DNA of 64,000 nucleotides from an uncultured Bacteroidota bacterium (GTDB taxonomy: Bacteria; Bacteroidota; Bacteroidia; AKYH767-A; JABDAW01): contig CAIMUP010000006.1 in the NCBI GenBank assembly GCA_903844645.1, positions 2,055-66,054 of the forward strand. The letters run 5' to 3'. The notes under the pieces are model-generated. The model had not been told where the DNA came from, made no database searches, and saw nothing but the letters and a program-made list of their open reading frames with translations. Position 1 is the stretch's first letter, and each line of letters begins with the position of its first letter. The translations under genes and the position numbers were made by a program. Shown here piece after piece: positions 18,401 to 26,922 of this stretch.

Positions 18401-18910
18401 AATGGGCTTCAGTTCACGCGTCTTTTGGTTGATGCTCGCCTCGATCAGTTGCGCTGTATTCGGGTCTATCGTAGCTTGTTGCTGGGCATTCAGTTGCAGG
18501 GTATTAATTAATTTATCCTTGATGTCGCCGAAGTGATTCCCGATGATTTTCGATGCTTGCTCGTACGAAATAATCGTGCCTAACCGATACAAATGGAACA
18601 AAGGCAGGGCGACATAATTCCCTAACACGTAGGCATTCGTCGCGAGGAAGAGATAAAAAAGCGACGTCCGGACGGCGGTATTAAAATGCCCGAAATATTC
18701 GCCAACCGCCACCGTCAGATAAAATAAAAGCGAAATAGTGAACGTATAAAGCGCACCGCGAATAAGCTGATTCTTGTAATATTTCCTGATGAACTCATCC
18801 AACTTGGCGATGAGGGTCTGATAATTTGAATTCTGATTTTCCATAGTCTTAGCCGTCTGTTTCATGTTATTTAATGCTGCAAATTTACTCAAAAACGAAT
18901 ACATCGGCAA
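15413..18910 (-). CDS. large membrane-anchored protein (DUF4175-like, tentative) with N-terminal TM helices, a central beta-rich region and a long Lys/Glu-rich coiled coil
   Basis: The ORF is 1165 aa. Hydrophobic segments 'ALYTFTISLLFYLTVAV' and 'LFYLFLATNAYVLG' lie near the N-terminus. The C-terminal third consists of K/E-rich heptads. Confidence 0.65.
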   Translation of the reverse strand: MPMYSFLSKFAALNNMKQTAKTMENQNSNYQTLIAKLDEFIRKYYKNQLIRGALYTFTISLLFYLTVAVGEYFGHFNTAVRTSLFYLFLATNAYVLGNYVALPLFHLYRLGTIISYEQASKIIGNHFGDIKDKLINTLQLNAQQQATIDPNTAQLIEASINQKTRELKPIPFTSAIDLTENKKYLKFALVPLMIFLGLFFINSSILKDGTKRMIEHRTYFEKPAPFSFEVLNKDLKAVQQEDYRLDIRIAGNEVPENAYIEIGGNQFKLEKENNASYHFDFKNVQKNTTFHLIGNGVTSKEYELVAIPNPLVLTFEAAFEYPAYTGKANDKLQNTGDFNIPAGTKVNWKFLTRNTDALKLIFKDNAVVDVHLIEANKFGYSRKFMESDNYAISTSNSQLKSKDSIRYSVTVIPDLYPTINVEQQKDSLSTKRYFFKGLVKDDYGFNKLNFVYKFLKTDDSSANKGKEFAEAIPVHNNAMQDQFFYYWDAGNLKVSAGDEIEYFFEVWDNDGVNGSKATRSATYIFKAPTLKEIEQSTGAKSDAIKQELKDALADAKKLEKDLNEINKDMFDKKSLNWEDKKKIEDVMKREEKLENKAAEIQKENKQKQENEKEYKEVNKDILQKQEELNKLMDKLMNPEMKKMMDELKKLMENMDKQKIQDKLEEMKYSNKDIEKEMDRTLEIFKKMEVEKKFTETVEKINKLAEEQKKLADKTEEKNADTKELEKKQDDLNKSFEDIKKDIKEIEKKNQELTTPEKMENTDEEQKDISQEQKESKESLEQNKKSNASKSQKKAADKMKKMADKMAASAAAAGAEKEGEDEAALRALLENLIRISFNQEELMGQLKDFDVNNPQYLKIGKDERKLKDDMRMIEDSLTALSKRVTQISSTVNKEINSINMNIDKSLDFFEERNTGMARNNQQYAMTSMNNLALILSEALSQMQQAESQAKPGSGACKKPGKGKKKDSMSDIKKMQDNLADAIKKLKEGQKKGENGKKPGGKDGKEGQDGAKPGENGKNGENGPNGMNEQLAKLAAQQAAIRDAVNELNKSENKDGKGSLGDLGKMAQQMEEVQKDLVNNRISQETLNRIDQIKTRLLESEKAEKEREQDEKRESKEGKNVAKRNPFDLDEYKRLKLKEIELLKTLPPSLNPYYRQKVDQYFQSIQN

Positions 18911-18941
18911 AAAGTTCCTTAAATGTTGGTTAAATTATTTT

Positions 18942-19026
18942 GAAAACGGGTTGTCCTTTTCAGAAAACGGGTTGCCGTTTTTTGAAAACGGGTTGCCGTT
19001 TTTGGAAAACGGGTTGCCGTTTTTAA
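18942..19026. repeat. tandem array of ~4 copies with a 21-bp unit ('gaaaacgggttgccgtttttt'), each unit a 7-bp-stem hairpin
   Basis: It was read directly. It lies 30 bp upstream of the start codon at 18910. Confidence 0.85.
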
Positions 19027-19206
19027 GGTTTTGAGGGTCCAAAATGACACTTTTATAACTTAAAATGATAGTCAATCCCAACGGACACGTGGGTTTCTAT
19101 TAGTAATTTTGGAATTTATGGGAAAAGTAAAAGGTCTAAAGTTCAAAGTTGGGATGCTCCACAACTTCAAACCTTAGACCTTCCACTTTAAGCCCTTCGG
19201 GAGGGA

Positions 19207-21879
19207 TTATTTTATAAATATTTTGTCGGTAAAGGTAGTGCCCTGCCCCTTGATATTTAACCAATAGATGCCTGCCGGCAGCGTCCCGACATGAATCGTT
19301 TTCGTGAAGGACGATAGCGGCGGCAGCACAGCTTCATGATATACCACCTGCCCCAAAAGATCTATCAGTTCGATAGTTAATTCCTCATGTTTCACGTCCT
19401 TGAAATCCAGATAAAAGTTGCCGTCGCTCGGATTAGGATATACCTGAATATTCAGGGCGGTAGCCTTCAGTTCATGGATGCCGGACAACCCCACCGTGAG
19501 CGAATGGGTATTAATTATCGAGGTACAGCCGCTATCGTAAACCGTCAGGCTGACATGCCGCTGCCCGATGGTCGTCCAGTAGATATGTTGCGGACCTTGT
19601 ACCGTCCCTCCCGGGGTTGCCGTTCCTAAAGGATAGGTCCAATTGTAAGTAGCATTAATCGGGGCGTTGCCCGTGTAAGTCGCGGTAATCTGTTGCCCTT
19701 GTACGGGGCTGGCATTGTTAATGCTGAAGTTGGAGGTATAAATCGGTCTCGGAACCATGTTCGGACGGGCAGCTGCTGGACCGGCACCGCAGCCGTTTAC
19801 TCCGGCAACCGTGAGGGTTAAGGACGTAGAACCAACGAATAGTGGGATGGAATCAACCGTACTCGTACCCGCCCATCCTGTTCCTGCAACGATTGTCCAG
19901 ACATAGTCTGTAATGCCGGAGATCGGCGTGGTTTTAAACCAAACAATGGTTCCCTGGCATAATGCCGAATCATACGTAATGGTACCTGGCGAAACGGTGA
20001 TGGGGCTTGCATTCGCGGTAATGGTTATTGAATCAGCAATGCTGGATCCGCAAGGATTGTTCACGGTTACTTTTAATACCGCAGAGCCAGTGCCGGCAGT
20101 AATATATATGGAATCGGTAGTGCTCGATCCGCTCCATCCCGTTCCGGTGATGGTCCAGGTATAGGAGGTAGCCCATGGCGCAGGATTGACGTAGAATAAG
20201 GTAGTGCCGCTGGTGCAGGCATCAGAGGGACCCATGATCGGGGCAGGTGGTGGTACGTTGCATTGGTATATCTTGGCGAATTCGGTATTCCATAGGGTAT
20301 TTCCGGTGCAATATTCCTGAAGGGTGAAGAATGTCTGGTTGTCCGAAGGATCTACGCAGGTGGCGGAATAATCTCCCCATCGGTTTTTCGGACCTCCCAA
20401 TGTTTGATAATAATAAGCCGTTCCGCCCTTGTACATATACGGGTTTCTCATGGTATTAATAGCATCGGCTGCGCCACGATAAGAGAAGGCACAACTGGGG
20501 TGCATGTTTGATGCTAACATAGAATACCCGACAACCATATCATTTGCCTGATTCACGGCAACCGAAGGATAGACGTAGTTAGTATCTATCGCGGTAGCAT
20601 CATCTATCAAATTGTTTTGAATAATATTCCCCACAGTATCTACTTGCCACCATGCTACCGAGACCCGTGTCGGGTTGCCCACAGGAAGATACGCATTGTG
20701 AGCAAACCAAAGATAGTTATTCCGATAAACACAACTGGAGATCCGGTCATCGCCCACCGCTATTTTATGAGTCGTTCCTGATTGCGGACCAGTATCTGCG
20801 CCTGTTGCGCTACCATTATTCTCCCAAGGGATAGTCCCTGTGTAAGAGGTAACAGTCGAAAATACCGGAGCGGTAGGTGTTCCTGATATTTTGAATAACG
20901 TAACGGCGGCACTCGGACCATCGGCGGTTTCGAGGCAAAACAAATCATTCATCGTCGCATCATAGGTGAAGGCTGGACAAATGCAAAAGTTGCTTGTCAG
21001 ACCTGATATTAAAGTATGTTGAGCATTGGTGCCGGCAAGGATATTCGCTTTGTTGAATATAAAAATCTGGTCTTCGGCAAACGCACCCGAAGCATTGTTA
21101 AAGAGATTTCCATTCACCACAATCCAATTTTTATTAAACCCTAATTCAGGATAATCCAACCAATTCGCACCCGTAGCATCTATCAGGATACGGAACAAGT
21201 GCCACGTCCCAGTCGGATCGTTCGTTGCCGAAGCTCCTATTAGTAAATACGAAACCGTTTGTGCAGCATTCAGCGACAAAGCCGTAACGATATACCTATT
21301 AGTATAAGGATCGTAAACACATTTCGGGTCGAAGCAGCTCATCCCGCCGCCTAAGGAAGACCAAAAGCTGGTCAGCGAAACGGGGGCTTGCGATTGAACT
21401 CCTGTTTTGCTCGTAATTTTAACTTGCGTGTTAAAAGTCTGCAAGATATGGTTCGGTCCGACGGCACAAAAGATGTCGGGAGGAATAATCTGCCCCGATT
21501 GTGTTAATCCTGCGAAGATGGTATCAGGCGTGGGCGAGGCAATGTTACTACTTTTCATCCTTTTGCTCAAGGTTTTCGATTTAGTGTTATCCGTCCCGTA
21601 ATTCGGAATAGGCGGTATTTCGCTGTGATTAAATTCCGATTCCGGAATGTTATGTTTCATCGGGTTCAAGGGGTTTTTCGGGTCCGTATCGGGATGCGTC
21701 GCATCGTATAATAGCATATCCGAGTAGCTTACGGTACTGCTATTTTGTTCGTAGCCCGTCGTACCCGGGTGGGTAGTTTGAGAATATTGGGCTGCGAGGT
21801 TATTATTAAGGAATAATAAAGCTCCTATTATAAGGAGTGCAAAAATCGGGAGGCGGCGCATGTGATTCATAAATTTCAT
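19207..21879 (-). CDS. secreted 890-aa protein with C-terminal Ig/PKD-like domains and a T9SS type-A sorting domain
   Basis: The signal peptide is 'MKFMNHMRRLPIFALLIIGALLFLNNNLAAQ'. The C-terminus 'IQVYPNPSDGNFYLDF...GIYWLNIKGQGTTFTDKIFIK' is a typical T9SS tail. Confidence 0.75.
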   Translation of the reverse strand: MKFMNHMRRLPIFALLIIGALLFLNNNLAAQYSQTTHPGTTGYEQNSSTVSYSDMLLYDATHPDTDPKNPLNPMKHNIPESEFNHSEIPPIPNYGTDNTKSKTLSKRMKSSNIASPTPDTIFAGLTQSGQIIPPDIFCAVGPNHILQTFNTQVKITSKTGVQSQAPVSLTSFWSSLGGGMSCFDPKCVYDPYTNRYIVTALSLNAAQTVSYLLIGASATNDPTGTWHLFRILIDATGANWLDYPELGFNKNWIVVNGNLFNNASGAFAEDQIFIFNKANILAGTNAQHTLISGLTSNFCICPAFTYDATMNDLFCLETADGPSAAVTLFKISGTPTAPVFSTVTSYTGTIPWENNGSATGADTGPQSGTTHKIAVGDDRISSCVYRNNYLWFAHNAYLPVGNPTRVSVAWWQVDTVGNIIQNNLIDDATAIDTNYVYPSVAVNQANDMVVGYSMLASNMHPSCAFSYRGAADAINTMRNPYMYKGGTAYYYQTLGGPKNRWGDYSATCVDPSDNQTFFTLQEYCTGNTLWNTEFAKIYQCNVPPPAPIMGPSDACTSGTTLFYVNPAPWATSYTWTITGTGWSGSSTTDSIYITAGTGSAVLKVTVNNPCGSSIADSITITANASPITVSPGTITYDSALCQGTIVWFKTTPISGITDYVWTIVAGTGWAGTSTVDSIPLFVGSTSLTLTVAGVNGCGAGPAAARPNMVPRPIYTSNFSINNASPVQGQQITATYTGNAPINATYNWTYPLGTATPGGTVQGPQHIYWTTIGQRHVSLTVYDSGCTSIINTHSLTVGLSGIHELKATALNIQVYPNPSDGNFYLDFKDVKHEELTIELIDLLGQVVYHEAVLPPLSSFTKTIHVGTLPAGIYWLNIKGQGTTFTDKIFIK

Positions 21880-22103
21880 CTAAATTTTAAGGTATAGTAA
21901 CAGTTTATTTTATTAATTTCGAGGGGCAAAATTAGCAATAAGTTTTGAGATAGCCACCATTCGGCAAGAAATCCTTCAAAAAATCCAAATCATAAAACCG
22001 AGGGAGGGAGGGAATTATTCTCCGAAAAACGCCCTTTCCTTCCCCGAAAACCTTTTATCAAACCATAATGCCCTGATATTCATCGAAAAGAGAATTGTTT
22101 GCC

Positions 22104-22355
22104 ATCCCCTGAAACATGTTTGAAGGGCTTTGAAACATGTTTGAAGGGCTTTGAAACTATTCTTGAGGGCTTCAAGAATAGTATGTGGAGAGCAAATACT
22201 ATTATGTGGAGAGGAAATACTATTATGGGGAGAGGAAATACTATTATGTGGAGAGCAAATACTATTATGGGGAGAGCAAATACTATTATGTGGAGAGGAA
22301 ATACTATTATGTGGAGAGGAAATAATAGTATGTGGAGAGGAAATACTATTCTTGC
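22104..22355. repeat. two abutting 21-bp tandem arrays joined by a palindrome ('catgtttgaagggctttgaaa' x3, then 'tatgtggagaggaaatactat' x9)
   Basis: It was read directly. The junction 'ctattcttgagggcttcaagaatag' is palindromic. ORFs 22099..22392 and 22151..22399 are artefacts of these arrays. Confidence 0.9.
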
Positions 22356-22528
22356 GGAGCGAAAGAATCTTTTTGCCCCTTTCGGGGGATAAAATTTGAA
22401 TTGATAAAATGGAAGGCGGCGGCGGTTTTTGGGTTTGAGATCAGGGAAAAAGAAGGGGTGGCGAAAGAATCGGATAATTTATTTAGTTTTGACCCGTTCA
22501 CAAATCGTAAATTCTTATTCTTAATTTC

Positions 22529-24493
22529 ATGAAAAATGTCTTGGCAAATCGCCGATTAAACTTTCTCCTCGGGATGCTGATTTTGGGTGCCGTCCTGATT
22601 CTTATACCCAAAAATAATTCCGCCCAAAGCCCTCTGAAATACGAAGCTCTGAAGCTCGGATTCCCCGATAATAACGCTGTAATTACCGAGATTAAAGAGG
22701 AAATGATGATTGATATCAAGGACTCGGGCTTGGCGATGACCGGGCTGAATAGTTTTGAAATAGTGTATCTCAACGACCGCGTAAAAGACCTCGCGGGCAA
22801 GGAAATTTATTGTTCCGATTTCTGCGAAGTAAGCAATATCAAAGCCCAAACCATCACCTCCGATAAAAATGGCGGCAGGGTAATGATGGTACGCGATTTT
22901 TTTAAGAAAGATGACTTCGGCAAAGGGATTTTTTATGGCAGCGGCAAGAAAATAGAATTCTTGTTTCCCGGCGTAACAGAGGGTGCACGGTCGTTTGTAA
23001 CTTATAAACAAAAAATTCGGGACCCGCATTTTCTCACACCGTTTTACTTTGGGAGTTATGCTCCCGTCGTCAGCTCCGAATACTCCATCACCTTCCCCAA
23101 AGAAGTAAAGATAAAGGCGAAACTATACGGCAGCGACACATCAAATATTAAGTTTACCGTAACACATAAAAATAAATATACCACCTACACCTGGAAAGCG
23201 AACTTAGTCCCCGAGTACGATTTCGAAGAAGATGCTCCGCCATACAGTTCCTTCGCCCCACATGTAATAATCTCTATCGAAGAATATATTTACGACGGCA
23301 AAACGATTAAAGTGTTGGGCGATATTGATGATTTATACTCCTGGTATTCCACACTCACCGCCAAGGTGAATGTAAAGGAAGACTCTGTCCTGAAAGCCGT
23401 CGTAGATTCGCTCTGCAAAGGCGTGAGTGATGATAAAGAAAAAGCTCGCCGTATCTTTTACTGGGTTCAGGATAAAATAAAATACGTCGCCTTCGAGGCA
23501 GGATTAGAGGGCTTTGTACCACGCAATGCCGCCTTGGTATGTTCACGCCGCTACGGCGATTGTAAGGATATGGCAAGCATCTTAACGAACATGATGAAGT
23601 TCGCAGGAATCAAGACCCACCTGACTTGGATCGGCACGCGGGATATTCCTTATTCCTATTACGATGTGCCTTTACCGATAACCGATAATCACATGATCGC
23701 CTGTGCCGAAATTCATGGGGAGAAACTCTTTTTCGATGCCACCGGCAGATGTACTCCCTACGGTTTCCCCACAGCAATGATTCAAGGAAAGGAAGCCTTG
23801 GTCGGCAGTCCGGAAGGACATTGGGAAGTGATAAAAATACCCATCGTTGAACAAGAAAAAAACCGTATGACCGACACAATCAATGTTGCTATTGAGAATA
23901 AAATTATGAAAGGAACCGGAAAAGCCGTGTTCTCCGGCTATCGCAAATTGGATGTCTATTATCGCAAATTTAATAAGTCGAAAGACGAAGCCGATGATGC
24001 TATAAAATCATTCATAAGCAAAGGAAATAATAAGTTCAACGTTACAAATTTTTCCTACACCGGTTTAGAGGACAGGGATCAGGATTTAACGATAAACTAT
24101 GAATACACTTTACCCGATTATGCCCAAGTAGTCAATGATGCCATCTACATAAATCTGAATCTGAACAAGAGTTATAAGGACAATGAAATCAATCTCGTAA
24201 AGCGGAAGAATGATTTGGAATCAGAGTATAAATATATGAGCAGTTATGTTACGAAACTGGAGATACCGAAGGGATATTCTATCAAGTACCTGCCTCCAAA
24301 CAATTCTTTCAAGGATGATGAATTCGGGTATGATATAACCTACATCCAGAAGGGTGATTTTATCTATTGCGATAAGAAAATTTATATGAATCATCTGCTA
24401 CTAAAGAAATCGAAGTTCGAAACATGGAACAAGATGACAAAACAATTGAGCAAGGACTACAAGGAAGTAGTCGTGCTTACTAATTCGAAATAA
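22529..24493 (+). CDS. DUF3857 plus transglutaminase-like cysteine-protease-fold protein (catalytic Cys present)
   Basis: A signal peptide is present. The core 'RRYGDCKDMASILTNMMKFAGIKTHLTWIGT...DNHMIACAEIHGEKLFFDATG' carries the Cys...His...Asp spacing of the transglutaminase-like superfamily. Confidence 0.7.
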   Translation: MKNVLANRRLNFLLGMLILGAVLILIPKNNSAQSPLKYEALKLGFPDNNAVITEIKEEMMIDIKDSGLAMTGLNSFEIVYLNDRVKDLAGKEIYCSDFCEVSNIKAQTITSDKNGGRVMMVRDFFKKDDFGKGIFYGSGKKIEFLFPGVTEGARSFVTYKQKIRDPHFLTPFYFGSYAPVVSSEYSITFPKEVKIKAKLYGSDTSNIKFTVTHKNKYTTYTWKANLVPEYDFEEDAPPYSSFAPHVIISIEEYIYDGKTIKVLGDIDDLYSWYSTLTAKVNVKEDSVLKAVVDSLCKGVSDDKEKARRIFYWVQDKIKYVAFEAGLEGFVPRNAALVCSRRYGDCKDMASILTNMMKFAGIKTHLTWIGTRDIPYSYYDVPLPITDNHMIACAEIHGEKLFFDATGRCTPYGFPTAMIQGKEALVGSPEGHWEVIKIPIVEQEKNRMTDTINVAIENKIMKGTGKAVFSGYRKLDVYYRKFNKSKDEADDAIKSFISKGNNKFNVTNFSYTGLEDRDQDLTINYEYTLPDYAQVVNDAIYINLNLNKSYKDNEINLVKRKNDLESEYKYMSSYVTKLEIPKGYSIKYLPPNNSFKDDEFGYDITYIQKGDFIYCDKKIYMNHLLLKKSKFETWNKMTKQLSKDYKEVVVLTNSK

Positions 24494-24508
24494 TTTTAAT
24501 TAAATATT

Positions 24509-26470
24509 ATGAACATTAAACTAAAAATTCTATGTCTTCTTTTCATCCTTCCCGCCTGCTTGTTTTCAAAACAAATCTTGCGTTTTAAGTGGGAGGAAAA
24601 TCCCGTCCCTCATAAACTCACTGCCGAATTGGATAAAGAATCCGCAGTGATTATAGACAACTTTGTTCGGGAAGAATATTACTACAACCACAACAATAAT
24701 ATTGACCTTTATCGTACAGTTCATAAGATCATCAAGCTGAATGACGATAAGGCTATCGAACGATATAATAAGATTTATGTTTCCATGCACAATGTGGACT
24801 TGGTGGTAGAGATAAAAGGTCGGTCAATATCCAAGAACGGAGTCGTGAAAGAGGTGGAGAAAAGTGCCATGAAGGTATTGGATCAAAATGATAACAACGG
24901 GTCCTATAAAATATTTGCCATTGATGGTTTGGAGATTGGGTCGGAGGTGGAATATTATTACATCGTGAAAAAATACCCTGTGTTTTTTGCCAGAGAATTC
25001 ATGCAGCATGAAAACCCTACCTTACATTCTCGGATAGAAATTATTTCTCCCGAAAAAATCCTTTTTAAATCGAAATGTTATAACCAGTTCCCTCCTTTGA
25101 AAGACACGGTTATCGAGGAACGCAATTATCTGATAGGGGAAGCCACAAATATCCCTGAATTGCGGCAGGAGGAGTATTCCGCTTCGTCTGCTAACCTGAT
25201 GAGGGTAGAGATAAAAATCAGTAAGAGCACCGAAAAGGAGGATAAAGATTTATTGACCTGGCAAGATGCAGCGAGGACTATCTACGAACGTATTTATCTT
25301 GCTGAACATGCTTCAAATTACAGAGACCGGCTCGATAGAATCCTTAAAGATATGCACATGAAAAACATGGATGAAACAGCCCAGGTATGCGCTATCGAAA
25401 ACTATATCAAAACTAACTTCGCATTGAAGGGTGTGAGTGGTGATGAATTCAATAATTTCAACAACATCCTAAAGAACAGATATACCGGCGAGGCGGGCAT
25501 GGTCAAGCTCTTTGCAGGTATGTTGACGGAGGCAAATATTAAGCACGAAATAGTCTTAACTACCGACCGGAAAGAGATTCGGTTCGATGGCGAGTTCGAG
25601 TCCTGGAATTACCTCGACAATTACCTCATCTTCTTCCCCGATTTAAACAAATATATTGCCCCGGCAGAGATGGCTTTTCGCTTCCCGATGTTCCCCGCGT
25701 TGTGGTCCGACAACGACGGTTTGTTTATTAAAACCATCACCCTCTCAAAGAAAGAAATGGGCTACGGAGAGATCAAACACATCCCTACTTTCGATGCCGA
25801 CATCAGCTACGATGACCACGATATATCCATAAAATTCAATGACGATTTGAGCGATGCCACCATGCACGTAAAGCGAAGCATGTCGGGCTTCAACGCCATG
25901 AACATCCAGCCCTATATTAAGTTGATAACCGAAGAAAAAAGGAACGACGAAGTCATCAGATTATTAAAGGACAGCGAGAAAGAATCGAAGGCGAAGAATA
26001 CAAGATTAGAGAACGACGATTATACAATCTCCCCTTTTTACAAACCCTTCATTGTGGAGGGAGACCTGGTCGGGACGGGCTTTTTGGAGCAGGCAGGCAA
26101 GGATTATTTATTCAAGATAGGCACCGTCATCGGTCCGCAAGGGCAACTCTATGCCGAGAAGAAAAGGGAGAACGCCGTGGAGCTGGAAAACAAGCATCGG
26201 TACAACAGAAATATCTCTTTTAACATCCCGAAGGGCTATAAAATCAAGAACCTGGCAGACCTCAACCTCGATGTCTCGCATAGCAGCAACGGAGTTCGCG
26301 ATTTCAGCTTCACATCCTCCTATAAAATGGATGGCGACCGCGTCATAATCAAGGTCGAGGAGTTCTACAAATCCATCGCCGCACCGCTCACCGAGTTTGA
26401 AACCTTCCGAAAGGTAATCAATGCCTCCGCCGACTTCAATAAAGTAACCTTGGTCATCGAAAAGGAATAA
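24509..26470 (+). CDS. DUF3857/transglutaminase-like paralogue lacking the nucleophile Cys (probable pseudoenzyme)
   Basis: The 653-aa protein has the same architecture as its upstream neighbour. The equivalent core reads 'YTGEAGMVKLFAGMLTEANIKHEIVLTTD', with the Cys replaced. Confidence 0.65.
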   Translation: MNIKLKILCLLFILPACLFSKQILRFKWEENPVPHKLTAELDKESAVIIDNFVREEYYYNHNNNIDLYRTVHKIIKLNDDKAIERYNKIYVSMHNVDLVVEIKGRSISKNGVVKEVEKSAMKVLDQNDNNGSYKIFAIDGLEIGSEVEYYYIVKKYPVFFAREFMQHENPTLHSRIEIISPEKILFKSKCYNQFPPLKDTVIEERNYLIGEATNIPELRQEEYSASSANLMRVEIKISKSTEKEDKDLLTWQDAARTIYERIYLAEHASNYRDRLDRILKDMHMKNMDETAQVCAIENYIKTNFALKGVSGDEFNNFNNILKNRYTGEAGMVKLFAGMLTEANIKHEIVLTTDRKEIRFDGEFESWNYLDNYLIFFPDLNKYIAPAEMAFRFPMFPALWSDNDGLFIKTITLSKKEMGYGEIKHIPTFDADISYDDHDISIKFNDDLSDATMHVKRSMSGFNAMNIQPYIKLITEEKRNDEVIRLLKDSEKESKAKNTRLENDDYTISPFYKPFIVEGDLVGTGFLEQAGKDYLFKIGTVIGPQGQLYAEKKRENAVELENKHRYNRNISFNIPKGYKIKNLADLNLDVSHSSNGVRDFSFTSSYKMDGDRVIIKVEEFYKSIAAPLTEFETFRKVINASADFNKVTLVIEKE

Positions 26471-26603
26471 TTGCTCTTTTCATAGTCCAAATCGGACTCG
26501 GAAATTCTTCCTTTTTTAGAAGCGATTGTTGAGTTTTGGGAGGATGAAAGGGGGTAATGACGGAATAAGCGGTGATAATGAGAGATTTAAACTGAATCGA
26601 GCT

Positions 26604-26770
26604 TGAGATTTCCTGAGTGAAACCCCATATTTCCTGAGTGAAACCCCATATTTCCTGAGTGAAACCTGAGATTTCCTGAGTGAAACCCGAGATTTCCTGA
26701 GTCAAAACCGAGATTTCCTGAGTCGAAAATCGTCTTTTATCAAAGCAAAAAGGGTTTCGACTCAGGAAAT
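26604..26770. repeat. tandem array of ~6 copies with a 21-bp unit ('atttcctgagtgaaaccccat') and a terminal inverted copy
   Basis: It was read directly. The cap pair is 'tttcctgagtcgaaa' at 26714-26728 and 'tttcgactcaggaaa' at 26755-26769. ORF 26454..26807 is an artefact of this array. Confidence 0.9.
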
Positions 26771-26922
26771 TGGGAATCCGAATCAGCATTTTTTTGATCT
26801 CGTTCATGAAATTTTTGAAGGCTCTTTTGGTAATTTTTAATGATGATACCGTTTCAAGATTTTATTTACAGATAATTCGCGGCGTATTATATATCTTTGC
26901 CGCCGAATTAAATAATTGAGAT

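Noticed and set aside
19128-19192. A long imperfect hairpin ('ggtctaaagttcaaagttg ... caacttcaaaccttagacc') downstream of the 890-aa T9SS gene, as a possible terminator or regulatory RNA.
   Set aside because: It has two mismatches in a 19-bp stem and no adjacent U-run on the transcribed strand. It might be a structural element, but the evidence is insufficient to call a feature.
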